DNA of 64,000 nt from contig OZ024747.1 in NCBI GenBank assembly GCA_964016885.1, forward strand, positions 620,001 through 684,000, in the 5' to 3' direction. The DNA comes from Eledone cirrhosa (taxonomy: Eukaryota). Made by a program: the position numbers and the translations under genes. The notes below the pieces were generated by a model. The model made no database searches. It was not told where the DNA came from and saw nothing but the letters and a program-made list of their open reading frames with translations. Of the stretch, positions 14,801 through 27,605 are shown one piece after another. Every line of letters starts with the position of its first letter. The first letter of the stretch is position 1.

Positions 14801-17800
14801 ATGGAGTGAAAGGAGGAGTAGGTGGAAGTGATGTAGTGAAAGGCAGCTCTGGAGGAATTGAGACAAACAATAAACAGTCTGTGTCTAAAACTACTGTTGG
14901 AGGTAGCCAGGTGGGCGAACAAGCTGAAAGTTCAAAATCCCCAATTAAAAATGACAGTGTAAAGACCAGCAGTATTGATACTTCCAAAACCTTGAGTTCT
15001 GCTCCTCAGAGTAATTTCAGTAACCAAGATATGAATAAAGATAAAAACACAAGTATGAGTGGTACAACCAACATGGACATGGGGCATTCAGGTGCCAACA
15101 ACAGATTTGGTGCACCAAATCGATTTGACAATTCAAGAAACCAGTTTGAAGGATCTCAATTTACTATGGGCTCAGGCCAAGGGGGTCGATATGGCATCCG
15201 TAATGAAGAGCCAAGCCATAACGTCGAAAGGCAAGGAATGGACAAAAACTTCAGTTTTATGGACTCTGATATGCGTACCCAGGGACCCAATCAGAACACT
15301 CAATATCTTGGTTTTCCCCGTGGTCCACCTCCTGATGATCGTGGCTTTGGTCGGGGCCCTCAAGGATTTAATTTCAACCAAGGACCCAGAGGTGGACCCC
15401 GTTTCAATCAGGGCCCACCATGTGGCCCTGGGTTTAATCAGGGATCTCCACGTGGACCTCCAATTCAAAATAGGTCAATGTTGGATTCTAGTGATAATAG
15501 AATGGGACCCCATGAATCGGAAAACTTTGAGCCATATGGATTTGCACAAAGGAGGAGAGAGCTTTCTCCCAATAGGAAATCTTCTGAAAACCAGTTTGGT
15601 TGCTTTCCTGCTCGAGATGGTATGGCCTGGGGTCAGGAAAAGTCTGGTATGGCAAAGAATCAACCAATGCCCACCAGATCTTTGTAAGTTATATTCATTT
15701 TTTGTATCTTTCAGCTGTTGTGCAATTGTAAGATCAGTTTTTTTATCTTGTAATTTTCTTGAATGTATTTAGCACATTTTTCTGTCTTCTTATTTCTATA
15801 CAAAATGTTTTTAAGATGAATTTTGGTATTTATATCTTATAATAACAGTTGGTGGAATGGTAGAATCGGAAGAGCAACAGATAAAATGCTATTGTAGTAT
15901 TCTGGCTCTTTACATTCAAGACTTCCAATCTTGCTGAGGTCAACTTTACCTTTTATGCTTCTTGGATTGATTTTATTAATTTTGTGTTTTCCTCTAAATG
16001 TTTTGACAATGAGCCTAAATTAGAAATCAGTATTTATATATTATAATGATCAATGCATACAAGAACCCTTTGGAACATCAGGTAACATAAGCAGCATTTA
16101 GTTGCATCCTTATGTATTCTGAGTTCAAATCCTGCCACAGACATTGAACTTCAAATACAAAATATTCAGTCATGGGTTTTACCTTGGTCTGAAGTGCCTC
16201 CCATTATTTAAATATAAATTTACAACTAGAATTGAATCTTACCATAAATAATCATTTATAATCTGAGAAATATATGACAAAAAAAAAAAAATTGATGGTA
16301 AAATGGGAGGGGGGAGAGGGTGGGGGGGCTTTCTTTTGGGTCAATATTTTGCCTATTTTCACCAACTGCAAAATTCTACATAAACGAGGTACTAAAATAT
16401 TCACTTTTGTGGTGAATATTACACCAGTTTCACTTGGGAGGTGAATATTACAGTTTCACCTATTTATATTTAAAATGAAAATATCAATACAAATCTTGTA
16501 ACTATGTCTGATAATATGACTTCACTAGTTTCCTTTGCCCTGTCAGTCAATCTGACATTTTTCCTTATAAGATGCTTTTTTTTTTTTTCACGTTGCAATT
16601 TGAAAATTTTCTGTTACTGTTCATCATCATCATCATCATCATCGTTTAACGTCTATCTTCCACGCTAGCATGTTCACATTTAATAAAAGAATGGTTACCA
16701 GAAAACTAAGTAAAATCATCTGGGGAATTTTTTTAAACAGATATCTGAAGAATGGAGTGGAGGTTTTTAAAAAATACTTGTTGAATTTTTTTTTTTCTGA
16801 AGAGACAGGATCTAATCAGTCTTTCTGTGATTTTGTTTTTTGTATCTTTTCCACTTGAAATATTCCTGGCAATAACTACAGAAACTTATAGTAGTTTGTC
16901 TAGCTTGTATTCACCCCAATGGAGATTTTGGCATAAGTTAAACTATGTTTATAAGAAGCTCTGATTTAGATATTTTTAGCTATCTCTTCATTGAGATGTC
17001 CTGTATATTAGTCTGTTCTCACTTCCATTCTCTTTCTGTCTTTCTCCTTCTCTGGGAGAAATCTGTTGTATTCAGAGGAGATGGGCTCTGCCAAGTTTTA
17101 AAAATGCTCTAGAAATATTGTATGTCAATGTGGTGTACAACTCCATTAGGAGTTACAGGACAAGGAGGAAAGTTATTTTGAAACAAAAATTCTACAGCAA
17201 TGTTGCATGGCAGTGAGACCTGGGCATTGTGTGCAGAGGATATACGCAGACTAGAGAGGAACGAAGCTTGCATGCTCCGCTGGATGTGTAATAGTAATAT
17301 ACATGAACGGCAAAGCATAAACGAACTAAGGGAAAAATTAGAAATAAGAGGGATCAAATGTTGTTTACTCGAGAGAAGGCTACATTGGTATGGTCATGTG
17401 ATGCGCATGAAAGACGACAGCTGTATAGCAAAGTGCAGGGCAATAAAGATAGACGGTAGCCACGGAGTAGGCAGACCCAGAAAAACCTGGGACGACCTGA
17501 TAAATTCCGACCTCACACACTTACACCTCTCCAAGACAATGTCACTGGACCGAGATCTTTGGCGGTACTCAGTAATAGAGAAGACCCGCCTTGCCTAAAT
17601 ACAAAGTAAACCTACTACAGTCAGTAGGCATCTCTAACAAAATACGCCCCCGTCACACCACCCCCACCCCATCCACACCGCCCCTTTCAATGTAAAGTTA
17701 GGTTGGTGCCACAACATCCAGGCCGAAACAAATGAGATCGTGTAGGTGTCACGACAAAAAAACACACAGTCCACGCTGTAATGTGGCCGTGTAGGCAACA

Positions 17801-18816
17801 CGGTAAAATCCTCCCAGTCCCACACTGTAAATGTGGTTGGTGTTAGGAAGGGCATCCAGCTGTAGAAAACCCGCCAGACAGTCCTATGCGAGCAAGACAA
17901 CCACTCTTGCCTCAAGTGGGAAAACTCCCGTCCAAACCCATGCAAGCGTGGAACATGGACGTTAAACGATGATGATGATGATTTATATAAGAATCTTTTT
18001 GTTGTGTTCCAAAAGAGCACATTCATATATTAATAAAGTAATGGCTACAGTTGTTTTATGAAAGCATTCCTGGGTTAGTTTTATCTGTATGGCATGGTGA
18101 GCCTGGGCAGAAATTTTTTGTGACTGAGCAGCCATTTCAAGATATAAGTAGATAAATACACACCAATGAAAGAAATCTAAATTTATAGTACTGTACTACA
18201 TATAACTATATAGTACTGTGCCTCATATAACTGCTATTGTGTTATACTCCTGAGTAAACACAAACCTCCACTTGCTGCCTTTTTCTTGTGGAGATAAAAA
18301 ATAATCCATAATTGATGTGATTGGTAGTATAAAGGACATCAGGCTATAAATAGACCAGCTGAAGGACATCAGGCTACCTCTGGCAGTGGAGACTTCTGGT
18401 GTCCTCAGCCCCAGGGCTACCTCCTTACTCACCACCATAGGCGCTGAGCTGGCCAGCTGCAGGTGTGAGCCCTCGAGTTGGAGTGGCTTTTTCAGCGCAT
18501 CTCCCTTGCCGTCCTCCGGGGAAACGCCTTCTCCATTCTGTCCGCTGGGTCTGTGGGTGGGCCCCATCGCGTACTGTTGTAGTTGTTGTAGATGAAACAG
18601 GAAGACAACAACTGGAAAGTTTGATTAACACAATCAGATACACATAATATATATATATACATCCATATATAAATATATGTATATATATATATCATCATCA
18701 TCATCATCATCATCATCACCGTTTTACGTCCGTTCTTCCACGCTAGCATGGGTTAGACGGGTTGTCCTGTTGTGGGCAGTGTCTGGTCGGCTGACCATGC
18801 CTTGCTCATACAGGAA

Positions 18817-18873
<57 letters not shown>

Positions 18874-21800
18874 GTATTTATATATCCATATATATGTATC
18901 CATATATATATATAACCACTCATAGAATTTGTCTCTAGCTTACATTTCCCCTATTCGCCACCCCCAACTGAACTCTTGACCAGTCTTAATAGACCAACTT
19001 AGATAAACTGTCCCAACTATGTTAGCATGAGACAATCAATTTGTTTATAACATACTCTTTCCCATAAAACCTTAGTTGTTGTTCAATTGATATTTTCAAA
19101 TTGAAGCTTTGTCTACTCCTGACACTCTGCAGTGTCATTAACCAACAAACATTTCATCTCATTGTACTTTTTATATTTATTTTAGGGATGGCAAAAATGA
19201 TAAAATAGATCAACCATTGAAAGAAAGTGATGAACCGAGTGCAAAGGTATCTTAGAATACATTTTGTTTTGCATGTCTTATTAATAAGTTATTTCATTAA
19301 ATCCTAACATTTTGAACATAGAATTTTGCAAAGCACAATGCAACCTGGCAGTTGTTGCATTCCTAGATGGTTCAGATTTTGTTTACAGTTGGGGTGTGAT
19401 CAGGCCCCTTGGCACACAATACAATTCTGGCATCTTGGACTTTTCAGTCAGTGTAAAGCTTCTTGATCACAGAAAAAGTCACATGAACTGTTTTTATTTT
19501 TCTGTAAGTGTTACTATTTATAAGTCTTTTGGTCACTTCCAGATGAAAGTCCAGGTTGAGGTGGGTTTTGGATCTGCTCTTTAAGGGGTTCACAGTTCAA
19601 AATATTGGTGTTGATAATAATTGTTTCTACTTTTGGCACAAGGCCAGCAATTACCCAGTACATTACTGGTACTTTATTTTATTGACCCCATAAGGATGAA
19701 AGGCAAAGTTAGCCTTGGCGGAATTTGAACTCAGTCCATAAAGGGACGTAACTCTATGCTGAAAGCATGGTGTCCGACTCTCTACCAATACTGCCAATCC
19801 ACCGCCCTTGGTGTTGATAATAATGACGAGAAAGAAACAACAAAGGATGCATTTCTGCCAAATCTTTGCTTTGTTTGCAATCTTGTAAATGGATTGTTGT
19901 TGGTCATTTTGTCTACTCTATTTAAGCTGAGATATTTTTGTGACTGTTTTATCATTGCCATTTTAACATCCACTTTCCCTGCTAGCAAGGGTTGGATATC
20001 TTTGACATAACTGAGGGTCCTTCCAACCATTTGTTTCGGTTGTGAAAACTATCATGTAATGTAATACACGAGTAGCTTTAGATTTTCTCAATTACACAAA
20101 AAAAGGCTTTAGATTCCAACTATTAGCCAAGCAGTTGTAGTACTTGAGGACCGCAAAAGATAGCTACCAATCTTAGACAGCAAAAAATAGGTATCAATCT
20201 AACTTTATAATAGAGCAATTGCCTTTAGAAAGGCAATCTTAGTTATAAAATTCTTAGTTATAAAATTCTTAGTTATAAAATTCTTAGTTATAAAATTCTT
20301 GCCCCAGCAATTAATACAATTGTTTTCTGTTTGAAATAGTGTAAAATAGCAGTTTTGTTTCCTGTTTGCAGATTGCAAGGAAAGATGATGATAAAGGTGA
20401 TGGTGGAGCTGGTAATGGACAGCAGTGGTCAAAGCCACATGACTTACAGGACACTGATCAGTCATCAAATGAACAATGCAATTTGAAAGATGGACCTCAA
20501 GATTTTCCAAACTCAAAATTACCTATGAAGAATAATGATAACTGGGGACAATTTGATCCTGAACAACCACCTGGTGACCAAGGTCCTAACTTTAGAAATC
20601 GTGTCAGTCCACACCAGACTTCATCAGGACAAGCTCAGTTTGAAAGGCCTCCGTTTAAAGGCATGTGGGGTCCACAAGGACAAAGAACGGGACCAGGATT
20701 CAATGCCAATATGCAAGGTGGAGGACCTCCTCCTCCACCTAGAATGTTAATAAATTTACGACCTGAATTTAATCCACGTGTGTGTCCCCCAGGTGGTGGT
20801 AGTGGTCCACAGTATCAAGACATGATGATGCGTGATGGAGGTGGAGGCCCACCTTTTAGGGGTGACAAGGAGGGTGAACAATTTGGTGAAGGTCCTGGTG
20901 ATAACAGACCAGAGGGACGCATGCCTCCTGATTGTAGGCCTAATTCTATGGGATTTCCTAAAAATCGCGATGAAAACATGGACTTCCCAGGTGCTGATGA
21001 AAGGGAAATGATGGCAATGGGTTCTGGTAGAAGGGGACGTGGTGGTGTAATGATGGGCCAACGAAGTGGTTTTCCTGGACGTCCTAATCAACAACCAAGA
21101 GATTGTCAAGACTTCCCAAATATGAACAGAGATGATGGAAATTGTCGGCCTGTAAGTAATTTTGGTATTATTTTATTCCACTTTTCTTTTGTTTTTGTTG
21201 CTGCATTGAATATTAGAATTGGTAGAGCGCTGGATAGCCTTGCTGTGTTAACATTTTTGATGTAAGAAAGATTTTTTTTGCCTTTCCTCTTTCCAGAGTC
21301 AATAAAATAGCTTTTCTAATTAATGCTTAATTAAAAAAATCCTTTTTATGAGTACTAACAGAAAAACTATCCTACGGATGGTTTTCTGCTAGCATGTGTA
21401 GTGTGTATATTGATATTATACGCAAGTATATATGCATGTAGATATGATATATCAAATAAAATCGTAATTGACAATATACACAGAAATTGAACGAAAACTG
21501 TGTTACACTGTCTTATGTAATCAGTAACGTAATCCATCATACATTTTAAAAAAACACGATATTATATATAAACTGCATTAGGAGAAAATTAGTGACGGAA
21601 ATATATGCGATATTTTTATAAGTGTTATAATATAACGGCCGTTAACCGGAAGTGTTGACATTTGAAAATTTTAAAGAAGTGAATTTTAAAGATCTTTAAA
21701 TAAGCTATAAAATATATTTAATCAAGTCACAAAATTTAGCACATAAATTATATAATATTCATTCATTATTTATTGACTTTGCCTTTCATCCTTACGGGGT

Positions 21801-24800
21801 CGATAAAATAAAGTACCAGTAATATACTGGGTAATTGCTGGCCTTGTGCCTAACGTAGAAACAATTATTTATTCAAAGTCGATAAAATAAAGTACCAGTA
21901 ATGTACTGGGTAATTGCTGGCCTTGTGCCAAAAGTGGAAACAATTATTTATTCAAAGTAATCCAACTTATTTTACAAACGGGGTAAAAAAAATATATTCT
22001 GGACGCAATCCCACACTCCTTTCTTTATTATAGTTAAGATGGTAGATTGGCAGAATCGGTAGAGCACCACACAAAAGGCTTTGTGATATTTTATGTTATA
22101 ACTTTCTATGTTCTGAGTTCAAATCCTGTTGAGGCCAACTTTGCCTTTCATCCTTTCAGAGTCAAAAAAATAAAGTACCCGTCAAGTAGTGGGTAGGCCC
22201 AATAAGAATTGCCTGCCTTGTGCTAATATTAGAAAAAATTATTATGATACATAAGCCACTGTTTTACAGAGGATTTTTCTCTTAATTACAGCAAAATTTA
22301 TCATTGAATATATGCTTATATACATATGATATATAAGAAATATTTTTCTATTTCTTTGACTTAACATCTAATTCCTATACTGTGTTAAAGTTTGAAGCAA
22401 ATTCATCTATTTAAGAATTAATTTGGGTTCCAGCATGACCAAGATCCCTTTGCAATCATTTCCATAGCACCTTAGACATGTCATCTTTCTTTCTCTTAGT
22501 CTTTCTTACCTTCTTTCACCCTCATCTTCTCACCTTCATTCTAATTGCTTCCTCTTTTCTCATAATGGTTCTCTCTCACACATGGCCAAGTTTTTGGCAA
22601 ATCAAATAAGCAACTCCTATGTGATAAATTTGTCAGAAATAGTAGCTAAATTTCCCTTGATTTACTGCAATTTAAGGGAGAAAGACAGATTGATCAATTT
22701 AGTCTTCTATATAGTTGATTTGCATATTGAAGGTTGATCTATGGCTTACAGAAGGGCCAGTTTTCTGATTGATGAAGCCAGTAGACTTAATGTTATTTAT
22801 AATTCTTTATTTAATCTATTTTGAAATATGATGTCTTCATTCTGATTTATGTTTGGATTAATTTTCATTGTTCTTTGAAGGACTCCAATCGAAACGATGC
22901 CCCACCATTTAACTGGTCTGCTGAACCAAGAATGAACTCAAAAAACCAACAGGACAATTGGATGAACAGAGAACGAGCACAGTGGGATGATAACAGATGT
23001 GATTTTGGCAATAATAATAACAACAATAATAATAAAAGTAACAACGGTAATAAACCTTGGGGGCATTCTCAAGGCTCCCCTGCACCACCTGAAAACAGAG
23101 ACATGGACCCTGCCTTTCATAAAATGTCTAACCCAGATTTTTATGACCCCATGAATAGAGTGAATAGGTTAGGAGATATGAACAACCGTCTTTATAATGC
23201 TGATAGATGTAACAGACCACCGCCATCAACAATGCCGCCTTCTAGAGACTATAACCATAACCGCTTTAATTCACCTTCCTCAGATCAACAGTTTTGGAAT
23301 GAAAGGTAAGGATACCTCTGATGTATGTTTGTGTCTTATATGGTGTACAGTGAAGAATTTGGGAAGTGGGTGGTTAATGTTAAACAACCTTCAAACAACC
23401 ACCACAAAAAAAGAAAAATCAATGTTAATCAGTTATAAAAAAACAAAAACAAACACCAGATGTATTTCATTACTGTTGAGCCATTTGGTTCATACAATTA
23501 GCAGATTATTATTCTCTCTCTCTCTCAATTATATCTGAGGTTTTGTGGATGCACTTCAGTGATGAGTTAATTAGTTGTTAAAGACACATACATGTTCTGT
23601 TAAACACGTTCTGTGCAGGGTTTCTCTTATAATTTCAATAAATCTCATTATAGTTAGGTGCAGCATATCCATGTGTGCTATAAAAGGTGACTAAAAGTAT
23701 TGGCATCAGGGTAGACATGCAACTGTTGTAAAATTGTCTCAAACCAACCCATGTCAGTGTAATGTAGAAAAGTTGATGTAAAAACGACGATGATGATGAT
23801 AAGCAATGCTTTAGCAGGTTAACTTCAACCACACACACATATCATACTATGCATAAATATATCCCACCCTTGCAAGCAGGGAAAAAGCGGACGTAAAATG
23901 AAATGATGATGATGAGATATATATATTTACACACACATGCACACGTGTAAGTGTGTGTATGCACTCATGGCTGTATAGTTGAGAAATTGGGTGCCCCTTG
24001 CAGTTGTATGTTAGTATTCTCACCATCACCATAACCCAATCTACCTGGGTTCACTTACATCCTTCATATATCTCTCATTACCCTGTCAAACCTGACCATA
24101 ACCTATTCTACCTGGGTTCACTTACATCTTTCACCCTCCTCTCTCTGATTACCCTGTCAGACTCCACCATAACCGATTCATCCCCCCCCCCCCCCCAACA
24201 AAAGTGAGGCTTAGCGTTGGAGAGGGCATCATGCTATAGAATACTGCCTTAAAAACACTCATCCAAAACATGACAAGAGAGAGCTAACCTAACTTGGAAG
24301 CTTGCAACAGACTGGGATACACTGCTAAGACTCCTGAGTTACTACAGGTAACAGTGTTAAACCAGGTAACAGATGAAACGTACAACACCTAAGAATAGTT
24401 ACAGTTCATTTGATGGGCTTTCATACTGTTGAATATCAGCACGATGATCATTTAATATCTGCTTTCTCTGCTGGTAAGGGTTAGACATACTAAATTATCA
24501 ACTAAATAAATTAGAAACAACCTAGAGGCAATTTACTATCAAAATAGTCATTTTTAGCTACTTTGTAACACAATCCTCTACTTTATGAACATTTTGGACT
24601 GCTTTTTATGAAACTGATCTTGTAACAGTGTCCACAACCATGTGATTATGATGTATATTTGCTAATCACAGAGCCATGTCTTTGTGCAGCCAGTCAGAGC
24701 TGAAGAATTTACTGATCAGAAAACTTTAGTCTTTAAAATGCAGTTTTAGCAGGGTTTTATATACAAGATTGCCATAAGAGATCAATAGATATGGATTTCT

Positions 24801-27554
24801 TCACAACCTTGAAGAATGTTTCAAACCTATCGGTTGTCAACCAAAATCTAACAAGACTTCTATTGAAAAGATGCTACATTTGCTACCTCCATTGTGTGCA
24901 ACTTCACTAAATCTCTTCAAGCAGTCCCCTATACTACCAGTTTTATCAATATAAAGTCAACATATACAATAACTCAACCAACAAGTCCCAAAGCTCTTTC
25001 ATCCAGAGTTGTGTATATGTGTACATATAACTTTTGTTTATTTTCTGGTATAAAACCATAAAAAATGTTCAATACAAGTTTATAAGTATGAAGAATTTGA
25101 TATAATTTTTTTGTGTGTCAAATGAATAAGGATTAATCCTTGTTTCTCCTATCAACATCATCATTTTAATGTCCATTCTGGCATGGATTAGACAGTTGTT
25201 ACAGACCAAATTTGTATTTAATCAGAGCTACTGTCCTAGTTTGGTTTGTGGACCATGGGTGACCATTTCTTGCTCAATATGTTCCGTTTTCACATAGATT
25301 CTACAGCTGGAAGTATTTCCTAATACCAACCATTTTACAGAGTGTACTGTATGCATTTTATTGTGGCTCAACATTACTCAACTTGCTAGAAATAGCAATC
25401 AAATTCTCCACAAATGAAATTTTACTTTGTTAAAAAAGGAAGGTCACATTATGTACGTTGTTTGAAAATAATATAGGACGACCATGGAAAGCTGCTTGAT
25501 CAAAACTGACTTTGAGCTAAATATTAACAACGATGGACTTTGAGCTTGTTGTATTGTGGATTTGCGGTGTGAATGCTGGATATAAAGCTGAATGAAACAT
25601 TTTCCACATTACTTGAGTCAACAAATGCTGAAGTTTTACTTGTCTTACTTTGTTTCTTAGTTCTAAGTATATTGACAGTTAATAAAATTATTAGTAAAAA
25701 AAACAAAAGAAAAATCAGGATTTATTTTTTTGGAAGACTATTTCCAATGTCATACACTCCTTCAATTAATGTGAAAACAATCAAGATTTTGAGAGTTTTT
25801 AGTTGAAAAATTGTAATTATTTATCTCGTCTTTTGAACTTAACTTAAGAGGTTTTTTTTTTTATAAATTATAATGAAAGGATTTAATTTTATCTATTATG
25901 ATCATTTACATTGGAATGTACACAACAGGCTTCCACACAGTTTCTATTTACCAAATTTCATTAACAAAGCATTGATCAATGTAAGGTGTCACACAGTGGA
26001 ATCAAACTTGAAATTACATGGTTCTTAACCATACAGATGTTGCTACACTTCCCATGGTTCTTGAGGCATACTAGGAATTACCATTTTATTGGTCTATATA
26101 TTACTCCAAGAATGGAATACTAACTAGGATGCTACATTTATTGAGTACATGGTTTTATTAGTTAAAAGTATATAACTAACCACACATTCCATATATGTCT
26201 GCATGGGGAGGGGGTTTCTGTTTTCTTTTTAAATTAGACTGAAGACGAACTATTCAAGACCCATTTATATTCATAGCAACATTGACTGATGCCCAGCCTG
26301 AATAACTGAAAGAAAAAAAACAAAAAAAACAAAACACCTGGGGTAGGGAAAAGAACCTGCTCCAAATGTTTGCAAAGGAGTGAACTATGATGAAGGCACC
26401 CAAGGATCAGGTAGTGGTAGAAAACCAAGCAGTTTGTTAAACTTAACTGCCACCTACTCCTACTTCAGTTGAGGAAGCATTAGAAGAATGATTACATGCT
26501 CACTTAACCTGATATAAATAGCAGCTAAATCTCCTCTATATCGTAAATAAGGTAAAGATACAGATAATATAATCCTATATAGACTCAAAAAGACAGGATT
26601 GTCACAACTGCTCTGCCTTGGATCATATTTAGCCAGGGGTTAAACTGCCATCTCACTGTTGAGTGATTAATAATAAGATTATTTTCCTTTCTTTTATTCT
26701 TTTACTAGTTTCATTCATCATACTCTGGCCATCCCTAGGTGCCACCTTCAAGGGTTTGGTCAATCTCTTCTGTAAATAAATGTTGTTTATAATAATTGTA
26801 TCTACTTTTGGCACAAGGCCAGCAATTTGAAGGAAAAGGGAAAGTCAATTAAATCAACCCCAGTGCATTACTGGTACTTAATTTTATCGACATGCTAAAG
26901 ATGAAGGCTAAGTTAACTTTGGTGGAATTTGTAATCAGAATGTAAGGAGCCAGGACAAATACCACTGGCATTTTTTCTATGCTCTACCGATTCTGCCAAT
27001 CCACTGCCCTTAATAGTTTCTGATTTAAGCACAAGGTCAACAATTTTGTGGGAGGAAAAGTCGATTAAATCGACACAAGTGCATTACTGTAAGGATGAAA
27101 GGTAAAGTCAGCTGGATTTGAACACAGAACGTAAAGAGCCGTAACTCTATGTTGCAAAGCATGTTCGACTCTACCAATTCTGCCAATCCACCACTCTTAA
27201 TAATAATAGTAACAATGACAATTGTTTAACACTGGCTCACTACCAGCAATTTATGGTGAAAGTTGATTATACCGACTCCACTACATCACTGGTACTTTAT
27301 TGAGATTGGAAGGTAAAGTTGATCTTTGTGGGATTTGAGCTCAGAATGTAACTAAATGTCACAAAGCATTTTGTCTGAAACTCAAATGATACCATAATGA
27401 TAATGATGATAATGCATCTATAGAATTGGAAACGAAAGATCTAAAACTGGTTAAATTCTACTGTGTAATGTGTTGGGCAAGTGTCTTCTACCATATAACA
27501 ATAGCTTGTGAGTGAAATTTGGTAGTCAGAAAGTGTCCTGAAGCCTGTCATGTA

Positions 27555-27605
<51 letters not shown>

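Noticed and set aside
14193-14987. 264-aa Pro-rich minus-strand ORF
   Set aside because: Antisense shadow of the Gly (GGN) codons in exon 4
15059-15772. 237-aa overlapping alternative-frame ORF
   Set aside because: No recognisable motifs and no phase-compatible splicing; a chance open frame is likely in a GC-richer exon
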